A DNA stretch of 64,000 nucleotides from the human T2T-CHM13v2.0 reference genome, Homo sapiens: assembly GCF_009914755.1 (NCBI RefSeq), contig NC_060932.1. One strand, given 5' to 3'. The translations under genes and the position numbers were made by a program. Positions 16,234 to 34,068 of this stretch are shown one piece after another (position 1 is the first letter of the stretch; each line of letters starts with the position of its first letter). A model generated the notes under the pieces. That model did no database searches. It saw only the letters and a program-made list of their open reading frames with translations, and was not told the origin of the DNA.

Positions 16234-19200
16234 TCAGGGGGACTGCCCCGCACACAGACTGTTCACCAGGGCCTGCAGCCTCTCGGACAGCACCACCTGC
16301 AGGGAGCAGAGGACAGGAGCGGTGGGCAGGGTGAGGGCGGGGGCGCACAGGGCAGAATGACAGGGTGGGCCTCCCCCCAACCTGGTACTGTGCAGGGCTC
16401 CGCAGCCGCCTGTGCTCAGGGCTGAGTCGGCTCAGGGACAGCTGGGCCAAGGCTCTAGACTCTGCCAGGGATGGGAGCGGCTCACACAGCTGCAGGGAGG
16501 AGGTAAGGAAAGAGAAGCTTGGGGCTAGCTCCCAGTCAGGGCTCTACCGGGGCTGGGGGTCAGGATGAGGGCGGTGGGGCAGCCACCTGTCCCTGCTGGA
16601 GGCAGAGCCGCAGTAGTGGCTCCACCTGGGCTGGCCTCACGGTGCAGGGCTCCTGGGCCCCTGGAGGCCACACCCTCAGCTCCTGCCCAGCCTGTGGCAC
16701 TGGCTCTTCTGCTAACTGCAGCATGTCCATGAGTGGAGACCCTGTGTGGACGGGGCAAGAATAAGCGGGGGCCCTGGTGCTTTGAAGGTGGACAGCAGGG
16801 GGGATGGGAGGGCCTCACCGTCAGAGCCCAGGAGCCGGAAAGCAGCCTTGCTCCCAGGCAACGTCTGCTTCTCGGGGTCCTCGGTCAGCTTCATTCGTGG
16901 CTGGCCCCCCACGGCCACCAGCTGCAGGAAGAGGGCGTTGAGCTGGCTGGTCCTTATCCCCCACCCAGCACCATCCCTCAGACCTGCCCCCACCTGGGCC
17001 CCCGACACTGTCCCTACCTTATAGACACCACCCAGGGAAGGCTGTTGGGGGCAGGTGACCACACTGGTGCCAATGCCAATGACATTCACCTCACTGCCCT
17101 GGGTGGGGAAGGGGGTGGCCGTGAGCCCAGCTGCCCTGGGTGGGGAAGGGGGTGGCACTGCCCTGGGTGGGGAAGGAGGTGGCACTGCCCTGGGTGGGGA
17201 AGGGGGTGGCAGTGCCCTGGGTGGGGAAGGAGGTGCCAGTGCCCTAGGTGGGGAAGGAGGTGGCACTGCCCTGGGTGAAGGGGGTGGCAGTGCCCTGGGT
17301 GGGGAAGGGGGTGGCAGTGCCCTGGGTGGGGGAAGGAGGTGGCAGTGCCCTGGGTGGGGAAGGGGGTGGCAGTGCCCTGGGCGGGGAAGGAGGTGGCAAT
17401 GAGCCCAGCCAGAACCTGCAGGGGCCCCCAGAGCCCCCCAGCCACCCTCCGCCTACCCACTCATCCACCCCACCTCCTGGGCCAGTCGGGCCAGCGCCTC
17501 CTCGTCAATGTTGTTGCTGACTACGATGAGGACTGACTCCAGCCAGGGCACCTGGAACCTGCCGCGTGGGTGGAGAAAGGGTGGGGGCCACCCCTCGGGT
17601 CTTCCTGATTCACCCTGGTGTCCCCCTGCTCCCCGCCCCGCCTCAGTCAAGGACACCTGTGCTCACCTTCTGCTTGGGAGCTCCTAGGGAGCCCCACCAC
17701 TTACTTCCCTGCCACGGCCTGCAGTATCACCGCTGAAACTTCAGCAGAGTACCTCACTGTCCTTCCCTGCCCATTCCCAAACCCCGGGGATCTCCCACCA
17801 GGCACACCTCCTCCCCGGGAAACTCACTGGGCTGCAGCAGCTCGGAAGACCTTGCGGATCTCCTGAGCCTGCTGTAGCAGGTCACCACTGTCCAGCCTCA
17901 CGCCCACTGCCCGGTAGCCCAGCTCTCCCAGGGCCAGGGCGACTGCTAGGAAGTTGGGGAGACCACTCCTGCAGAAATAGATAAGGGAGTCAGAGGCTGC
18001 TGAGGTTCTGCTGAGCCCACCCCTAAAGTGCCCGGGCTCACCTCCACACGCTGTAGGTGTCCAGGAGGCCCTGGAAGGCCCGGGGAAAAGCCAAGGCATA
18101 GGCCACAAAGGCTGCCCGCTCGCCTGGATGCGGCTCCTGCACCCCCAGCCCCAGGTGGGCACACACCTGCTCCAGCCACACCTGGGCTTTGGCCGCCAGG
18201 TCCACCCCAGGGCCCTCACCAGCTGCTGGCGCCAACATCTGTGGAACAGAGTCGGTGAAGAATGGGGGCCAGGAATGCAGGATGAGGCCTGGGAGCAGCC
18301 AGGGACACCCTAGTTTGAGAGCAAAGGTAATGCAGCCCGTGCCAGCTTCCTGGGACAGCACTGGGGTGACCTGCCTGGGTGGCACACCTCTCGCCAGGGC
18401 AAGGGCTGGCTTGGGGCCTGTCGCCTGGAGACAGCAGGGTTTAGAGGAGGGACTGACCGGGTCAGGGGGCACCTCGCTGCCTGAAAAGGAAGTGACGAAG
18501 GAGTGGGCCAGGGTCCCGGCCACCGGCACACCTCGCAGCTGGCCCGCTAGCACGTTGCTGCTGCTGTCGAAGCCTGGGGAGGAAGGCGGTGGGATTGGGG
18601 GACCTCGGGCCAAGATGGGGCTCCTCCTTCCCGGCCCTTGCCTTGCCCCGCACCAGACACTCACCGCCCAGGTAGCTGTAGGTGGAGGCTGTCAGGCCCC
18701 CATCGGGGCCCTGAGCCCGCCTCAGGCCCATCTCTAGCAGCCGCTTCTCTGGCCCTGCGATCAAGCGAAGCCGCGCTGCGTTGGTGGCCACCAGGCTGTG
18801 GGGAGCCAAGAGTCAGGGGGTCCCAGGGTGAGGATCACTAGGCCACCCAAGACGGCGGTTACCTGGGGCCTGGAACTTCCAACCTGGGAGCTCCACCCTC
18901 ACCCAGCCCCTCCTTACACCCTGAAGAGTGGGGGCGGGAGGCCAGTCCTGGGACCCCTGGGCAGCCAGCCCCGCCGCCACAGTCCAGCACGGAGCCCCGG
19001 CGCTGGGGGCCCATCCCATGCCCACGCTCCCTGCCAGTGGCCCGCAGCCCACCTGGCGTAGCTGACCAGGCAGAGCAGCGGTGTCTCCAGCAGCTGCACC
19101 ACCAGGAGCGGCCCGGACACCTGCAGGAGCGGCACCTGCGGGGAGAGAAGTCAGCTCCGCGCTCGGCCCAGCACCCCGTGGCCGCCGCGCCGCCCGCTTA

Positions 19201-19714
19201 CCCCTACTCACTCCGGGGAAGGCGAGGGAGCCCTCGGGCAGGGCTCGCACCGTCACCTCGGAGCAGTCGAGAGCCCGAAGGTGCTCGAAGAACGCAGGAT
19301 CCGTGTCTGGGGGCAGCACCGAGGCCAGGAACTGCACGTCTGGAAACGAGGTAACTGCGCTGAGACCAGCGCGGGGACAGACCGGTCGTGGGACATGGGG
19401 GGTTCCACGGGGGGACAAGGACTTCCACCGGCCATAGGTGGGGGTTTCTGCCGGGCGTGGGGGGCTCGTCGCGCGGACGGGGGACTACCGGCGTCCCGCA
19501 GGCGGAAGGCGCGCAGGAAGCGCACACAGTCGCGCAAGCCGGCGGCCAAGGCGAAGGCGCCGCCGAACGGGCAGCGGCGGAAGAAGAGCTCGAACTCGGC
19601 GGCGTCCCGCGCCCGGCCCGCGCGCCAATAGCCCAACGCCATGGTGGCCTGGTAGAGGTCAGTGAGCAGCGGCCGCGCCGCCGCGCGCGCCTCGGGGTCC
19701 TGCTCCGCCGCCAT
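16234..19714 (-). CDS. NAPRT: Nicotinate phosphoribosyltransferase (Preiss-Handler NAD pathway), 538 aa
   Basis: 13 exons: 19714-19489, 19339-19212, 19135-19053, 18795-18665, 18573-18458, 18238-18042, 17968-17828, 17558-17474, 17098-17018, 16921-16819, 16741-16587, 16489-16382, 16296-16234. Total 1617 nt. Motifs [40 protein letters not shown]. Confidence 0.98.
17093..17398. repeat. 27-bp minisatellite (CA[C/G]TGCCCTGGGTGGGGAAGG[G/A]GGTGG), ~11 units, in NAPRT intron 8
   Basis: Read directly; one 24-nt unit, one 28-nt unit and one 37-nt unit. Confidence 0.95.
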
Positions 19715-19870
19715 CCTGCTCCCGACGTCCGGACTCCGCCCCGCCCCGGCCCCGTGACGCGCCCCGGCCTATGGCGCACTCCCTGTGGGGCTTATCGTGC
19801 CGTTTGGGAGCGGCACGGGACTCGATGGAGGACGGGTGGGGCTAATAGTATCGGCGCGCCGAGAGGGGCT
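19050..19870. promoter_or_regulatory. NAPRT promoter CpG island with GC boxes and a TGACG half-site
   Basis: Dense CpG over exons 1-3; CCGCCCCGCCCC at ~19735-19750 just upstream of the ATG. Confidence 0.8.
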
Positions 19871-21136
19871 GAAACAGCTGGACCCGGGATGGGGTGGGGG
19901 ATGTCACCCAACTCCTCTCGGACCCCCCAACCCCACTCCAGGCCCAACGGCCTCTTTGGAGCGCAGCCCGGTCTTGGTCACCAGAGGTGCCCCCAGTCGC
20001 TCGTGTCTCTGCCCTTTGGCCGGGCAATGAGGTGCAGCTCAGGACTTGCCAGGAGGCGGAAAGGGTGGAGGACAGACCAGCCAGACTCCACCCCCACCGA
20101 CCCAGAAGACAACCGCTGGCCAGCAGCCAGCTCCTGCCCTGGGCCTGGGGAGGGAGGCCAGAGGCTGCCTTAGTTAGAGCTTGAGCAGCCAGGCTAGGAC
20201 GAGGCAGCCCAGATGGACGCAAATGTCGCTTGGAAAGAGCTTGGCACCCAGGAAAGGGCGGCGTGGGGCAGGGGGGCGCATGCCCACTGTCGGCTGGCAC
20301 CAAAAGACCTTTTGTGGCTATGAAGGCCCAGTGTCCCTCAGTGGTGGCTTTTATGGGGTCCTGCAGTCCAAGCCCCACAGGAAACTTTCTAAAGGTTTGA
20401 GGGCAAAGTCAGGGGCCACTACCCAGGGAGAATCCATTCCCCTGTGGCTTGGGGCCCCGAGGACAGAGTCTGACCAGAAGTAATCAAGTAATTACACCCC
20501 ATCCTCTTTCACCCCAATGCAAACACGGGTGGTCCAGGGGAGGGAGTGTGGCCACCCATGCTGACCACATACGGCTGTCAGGATGCTGAGGCACAGCTCC
20601 ACAGAGCCCAGGCAGCCACGTTCTGGCCACCCCAGAACATCATGGGAGGGGCACAGTCCCTGGAGCAAGGGGCAGGGATTCCAGGAATGAATGAGGTGAG
20701 GGGAGGGCCGGGACAGCACATGACAAAGGGCATGGCAGCAGGGCCGGGTGCTACTGGGACTTCTTTCCTGGACAATTCCAGGCTTGCACGCTTGCTCCCA
20801 TGGGGACAATGCCAACAGGAGGCAGAGTGGTGGGGTGGTGGCCTCTCCAGATAGTGACCTAACAGTTTCTGTTTCTGGCTTTTTAAACCCCCTGAACTGG
20901 ACTTGCTTTTGCAATGGAAAGAAGAGGGAGGGCCAGAGCTTTGGGAGGGAGTGGCCAGGAGATGGAGGGACAGGCGGAGGTCTGCTGGGGGCAAGGTGAC
21001 ATGGCCACAGAGGGTGGCAGCAGCCAGGATGACTGTGTGGGAACAGCAGGGCAGAGATGGGGCTGAGACAGGGAGGGAGACAGGCCAGGTACGAGCAGGA
21101 AATGACCAGGACGGAGCCAGAGGGCCGGTCTCAGTC

Positions 21137-21142
21137 TTTAAT
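21137..21142 (-). terminator. EEF1D polyadenylation signal ATTAAA
   Basis: TTTAAT on the + strand, ~46 nt past the stop. Confidence 0.8.
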
Positions 21143-21187
21143 CGTGGCAGGGCCTCACGCACGCGCGCACGTACACACACTCAGGCT

Positions 21188-28253
<7,066 letters not shown>

Positions 28254-28444
28254 TTTTCTGCTGGGAGGGGAAAGAGGCAAAGTCAGCATGGCTGGGAAGT
28301 GGGCCTCGGCATCAGGACAGCCCAGAAGCACCAAGGTGCAGTGGGGCTGACACCCGCTTCAGACACCAGCGGTTCTCCACAAAGCGACACCAAGCCCGTA
28401 AGCCCTCACCCCACATGGCATCCCCAGGCCTGTCTTCCAGACGA

Positions 28445-29128
<684 letters not shown>

Positions 29129-30398
29129 GCCCTAGACAGGGACCATGGCCCGCAGGCAAATCCAGCCTGTGGTTTTACTGGCACAAAGCCCCACCTCGTG
29201 CCACTCCCACTGGCCAGCAGCAGAGGAGCTGGGCAGATGACTCTGTGGCCGGGGCCCAGACCCTCTGGTTCTTTATGGAGTTTGCCGCCCCCCACCCTGG
29301 ACTGGCCAAGACCCTCTTACTGTCCAACCAAGCACAACAGAACTGTCCCCCTCCTGCCCTGCCGCCAGTCTGTGTGTGGACTCCGGACCATCGCTGGACC
29401 TTGCCAAGTGTCCTCTCGGTAACAAAGGGCTGGAGTCTGTGAGCGTCCTCTGCGTCCCTGACCCAGGACACTCTCTCGGCAAGGAGGGACCAGGCCACCG
29501 TGAACACCAGGGCAGGTGGAAGGGCAGGAGGTAGCATTCCCCTATGGGGTCCTGCCCTCAGGTTATCTTGTTAACCAGCAAATCCAGACCCCTAGGGGTC
29601 CAAGGTTGGAACCACTTCCTTGGGGGCCTCAGCAGCTGCTTGGGACCTTCAGAGTCCTTCCCTGACTCAGCCCGCCCCACCACCAGGATACCCTCGCCAA
29701 CAGGCCAGCCTCGCCACTTCCATGCCCTCTGTATTCCCCTCCAAGTCCAATCGTCCACCCACCTGCCTGGCCCCAGAGACCGCTGCTGGGGTTGCACCTG
29801 CACCCTGGAGCAAGCCCACAGCACCCAGAGGGAGGTCACACAGACGGGGCACCCTGGGATGGAGGCCACCTGACCAGTCACATGCCCATGCATCTGAGAC
29901 GCCACCACCTTCCCTCAGAGGTGGTTTCAGGTGACAAGGAAAGCTGGGGGTGCACAGGATGGACAGGCAGGGACACACTGGCTCCCACATCTCATCGCAG
30001 GGGAGCGCTAGGGCCAGAAACCAGCTTCAATGCTTCCCGCCCCTATAAGTAGCCTTATCTTCTCAGCCCTGGCATGTGACAGCCACAGGGGACTTGGGGA
30101 GCTTCCCAGCCAAAGAGGGACCCTGGGCAAGGCAGAGATTCTGCCCTGTGCTGAGCCCTTCCCTGCCCTCATCCAGGCAGCCTGGAATTTTGTAACCTCA
30201 AGCAGTGTCCCTGGAACCCACAAGCGCAGCACCACCTTTACTCAGCCTGCTCCTGCATTCAACTCTGCTGGGCCCACGGGTCTCGGGGAGCCCCCACCCC
30301 AGGTGGGCAGGGGAGGAAGCTGGAGGAGCCCCAGCCTGGGATGGCTGTCCCTGTGCCCACAGCCCAGGCTGGGTGCCCACCCAGCACGTTTCTCCTAC

Positions 30399-31489
30399 TT
30401 GGGTCTCAGGCTGGACACGGACAGGCCAGACCGAGGACCGGGTCGGTGAGACAGGGAGGCAGCTTCGAGGCACCAGGCCACACGCAGGGCCTCGGCAGCG
30501 TGGTGGCGGCACTCGGCGCTGTCGTAGGCAGGCTTGCTGAGCCAGGGGGCCTCTGCATCCTTCTGCAGGAAGTAACAGTAGGGCAAGGCAGAGGGGGCCT
30601 CCCCATCGGCCCGTCGCAGCCCGGCCCGCTTGTTCCCTAAGATGTTGCGGCCCCGCCGGTCTCTGCGGCCCCGCCGGGCACCCTCGGCCAGGCCGGCTCG
30701 CTCTTGCAGGCGCACCTTCCCTGGGGGATGGCCGTCAAACAGGGCCTCGTAGAAGCCCCTCTCGGCTGCATCATACCGGGGCTTCTCCAGCCACACCTCC
30801 CGAACCAGTGCCTGCAGGCTGCCCAGCGGGGGCTGGCCATTGACCGGTGGGCTGGGCTGGTGGGCCAGGTCGGGGACGGCCACCTGCTGGCCTGTGTTGG
30901 GAGTCCCCTGCCTGCGGCTGCCCTCGGGGGCCAGCAACAGGGCCTGAGACCACTCCACGAAGGCCCGCTCAGCCTGGTCGAAGGAGGACTTGTTGACCCA
31001 GATCCCCCAGGTCACGTGGTGGCAGGCCACCTGGTTTCCATGGGTGCAGAGACCCCAAGGGGCCAAGGCAGGAGGCCAGGCTGCCTGGGCAGCCACATCT
31101 GCCAGCTTCTGGCGGTAGGAGCTCTCTGCCTGGTCGAAAAGTGACTTGTCCAGCCACACACGTTCGGCCGAGAGGCCCAGGAGGGCCAGGTCCGCGGGGC
31201 CGAGCCCGCTCTTGGGGGAGCGCTTCCTCTTTTTCTGCAGGGGCTTCCTGCTGTCCTGGCTCTTCCTGGGATCACGCCTGCTGCCGCCGTCAGGGGCTTC
31301 CGCCTCATCAGCGTCCTCAGGGTCGTCCTGGCCGGGCCCATTCATGGCTGGCCCCTCGGCTGGCAGCTGCTGGGCGGAGGCGGCCGCCTGTGTGGCCTCG
31401 TGTTCGTAGAAGCGCCGCTCGGCCTCCTCATACTTGTGCTTGTCTTCCCACACGGTCTCCAGGGTGCAGGAGGCCTTCCCGCTCCTCAT
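30399..31489 (-). CDS. EEF1D: Long-isoform-specific coding exon of EEF1D (eEF1B-delta-L), giving 647 aa in total
   Basis: 1091-nt exon starting at its ATG (MRSGKASCTLETVWEDK), with basic NLS-like KKRKRSPK and donor AA|GTAGG. Splices to 28260 (..RPN-RK-MATNF); 366+281 = 647 aa. Confidence 0.93.
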
Positions 31490-31759
31490 CTTCCGGACAC
31501 AGCGATAAAAAGCAAGCAGAGGGCAGAGTTGCAACACAGCGGGTGGCCGCAGCCCCGTGCCCACCCTCCCCGTGCCCGCCCTCCCCGTGGCTGCCCTCCC
31601 TGGGCAGGGGCTGAGGATGCTCCCCAGTGGGGCTTCCATGAGATGACATTCGAGGACTTCGAAGTCAAGCCCATGTGGGGACGTTTTGTTGTGAAGAGAA
31701 AACAGGCCGGGCGCAGTGGCTCATGCCTGTAATCTCAGTACTCTGGGAGGCCAAGTGCC

Positions 31760-31920
31760 TCCCAATACATGAACAATACATAATTTTGTTAGTGAATGTA
31801 TGGCCCATGAAGTATCTGAGACATACTTACACTAAAAATTTTTCGTCATTTATCTGAAATAAGCTTTAACTGGCTAACTAGCTTTCCCTGCATTTTTCCA
31901 CAGGCCAGGCCTGGCCACCC
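31760..31920. mobile_element. MER53-like hAT MITE, preceded by an Alu fragment (31705-31755)
   Basis: AT-rich quasi-palindrome ..GACATACTTACACTAAAAATT..TTTATCTGAAAT..TTTAACTGG. Confidence 0.55.
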
Positions 31921-32030
31921 CACCATGGTGGCTGGTGTTCCCATTCTACAGAACGGTCTCTGTGGCTGTCCTGGCCACACCACTGCCACACCCAGAGCAC
32001 CCTCAAAGTTCTTACAAAAGAAGGAGCCTC

Positions 32031-32320
32031 GGCCAGGCACGGTGGCTCACACCTGTAATCCCAACACTTTGGGAGGCCGAGGCGGGCGGATCACAGGGTC
32101 TGGAGACTGAGACCATCCTGGCTAACACGTTGAAACCCTGTCTCTACTAAAAATAAAAATAAAAATTAGCCGGGCGTGGTGGCAGGCGCCTGTAGTCCCA
32201 GCTCCTAGGGAGGCTGAGGCAGGAGAATGGCGTGAAGCCGGGAGGCGGAGCTTGCAGTGAACCGAGATGGCGCCACTGCCCTCCAGCCTGGACAACAGAG
32301 CAGGGGAAAAGAAAAAAAAA
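32031..32320 (+). mobile_element. Alu (AluY-like)
   Basis: GAGACCATCCTGGCTAACACG, GGAGAATGGCGTGAA, GAGCTTGCAGTGA. Confidence 0.92.
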
Positions 32321-34054
32321 GAGGGAGCTTCTTTGTGGGCCTGACTGTCCTCCCCAGGAGGGGGCCAGGTGGCCGGGCAGAGGGTGGAGTGCCCACTCAT
32401 GAAGGAGACGCCAGGGAGGATGCTGGTGACCACTGTGTAGAAAGGAGGGGCCAAGCGCCTGGAGCACTGAGACGGCTCTAGGCTCTCTATCAGCTGCCCC
32501 CGCCTCCCAGCTGGAGTCCATACCTTTGGGTCCATCCAAGCTAAAGGGGAATCATGGGGCTCTCACAGTCCCAGGACATCAGGGCCCCCTCTAAGGTTTT
32601 GCTTCTGTGTAATGTTAAGAGGGACCATCTTGGTGGGAGGCAGGTTGTGAGGCTCCACTCCCCACTTGCTACTGTGGCCTGGGAGCCTCAGCCTCCTCCC
32701 TGGATGAGGTGTTCCCTCAAGCTCTGGGCGACCTCAGTCACCTGCTGCCCCAGTGCTCCAGCAGCCATGTGGGATCCTGCCGGGGGCACGCTCTGCTCCC
32801 AGGTGTCCAGTGTGGTGTTACAGAAAGGACAGGCCCAGAAGGCCAGGGGCAAATCTGCTCTTGGGATGCAGGTCAGCACCCCAGCCCGCGCTCAGCCTGC
32901 GATAGCTTCCTCCCCAGCCATGCCCGACTCCAGGCTCTGCTCCCCAAAAGCAGAAACGCATGGGCCTAACCAACGCCTAGGAGCACCCTCAAGAGGGGGC
33001 TGTGCAGCTGCCCCTCACAGACACCGCTGCTAGTCTGCTGCCTCCGCAGGTGTGTCTAGTGGAGCCTGAGGGCAGACAGACCCAGTGGCCCCAGGGCACC
33101 GTGACTGGGACCACCTGCCTGGTCTGCACCCAGAGGGAGGCAGCCTTCGGTCAAGAGCAGACCCTTCACACCAGTGGCTATGGGTCTTCGCCCCTCTTCT
33201 AACATCCTTACCCAACAAAACCAAGGCTGGCTCCAACGCCCCCCGTGGGGTGCTGAGCTGTCTACGCTCCACCCAGGCAGGGAGGACTTTTGGGAAGGCA
33301 CCCCTGGCACTGCACTCTGAAGCCTCTAAGTGGAACATGGAGTTCTTTGCGGGCATGTGGCCCGAATCCCGCAGTCCCAGCAACAAGTTCTAATGGCACC
33401 AACGAGGAACCGGGGCCCATGGGAGGCCACAGGGCCCATGAAGACGCTCCCTAGGCTCCCCTGCTCATTCCTTCCCCAGGCTGGGGCAGCACTTACCAAG
33501 GCCAGGCTGATGGGCAGAGGCAGGGGTTGTGGGTTGGGGGTGGGGTGGGAGCAAGAGCCCAGGAGACAGGGCATTGTGACATCGTGCGGTGGTACCCCCA
33601 CCAGTCTCTCTGCTCCCATGGAGCCGTGCAGGTCCCATCAGCAGTGCCACTGAGCTGGCCCCCAGTGTTGATGCCCTACCAGACTTTATTGGCCAAAGTG
33701 GCCTCAGACTATGTTCTTGGGGGCTCCGGGCAGAAGCCGCCGCTCAGGGAGGGTAAGCCACTTCAAGGCTCCTACCGAGACCTGGCACTGCCACCCGTTC
33801 CCTGCAGGGAGCCGCATGTCAGCTGCTGACCCGCCAGCCCAGGACAGGACCCTGCTCACGGCCACACAGGGTGCCCACCTGCTGCTGCCCCATCCAGAAA
33901 ACCCAATTCCTCCACTTTCCAGATGGGAAACTGAGGCCCTCTGGGCAGACTGGGCCATGCGCAGGTGGTGCTGGGTTCCCTCAGGTGCAGCGAGGGCTGG
34001 GGGTTCCCCAGTCAAATGAAGGGGAATGGGGCATGAGGACAGGCGAGTACTTAC

Positions 34055-34068
34055 TTTGCTTTGGCCTC
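34055..34068 (-). other. EEF1D: 14-nt non-coding microexon of EEF1D (GAGGCCAAAGCAAA)
   Basis: Branch CTAAC (34102-34098), pyrimidine tract, TAG acceptor (AG at 34070-34069) and perfect GTAAGT donor (34054-34049). Confidence 0.75.

Noticed and set aside
16712-17520. Pro-rich and Gly-rich repeat ORFs (PPPSPPRA / ALGGEGGG)
   Set aside because: Reading frames of the 27-bp intronic minisatellite, not independent genes.
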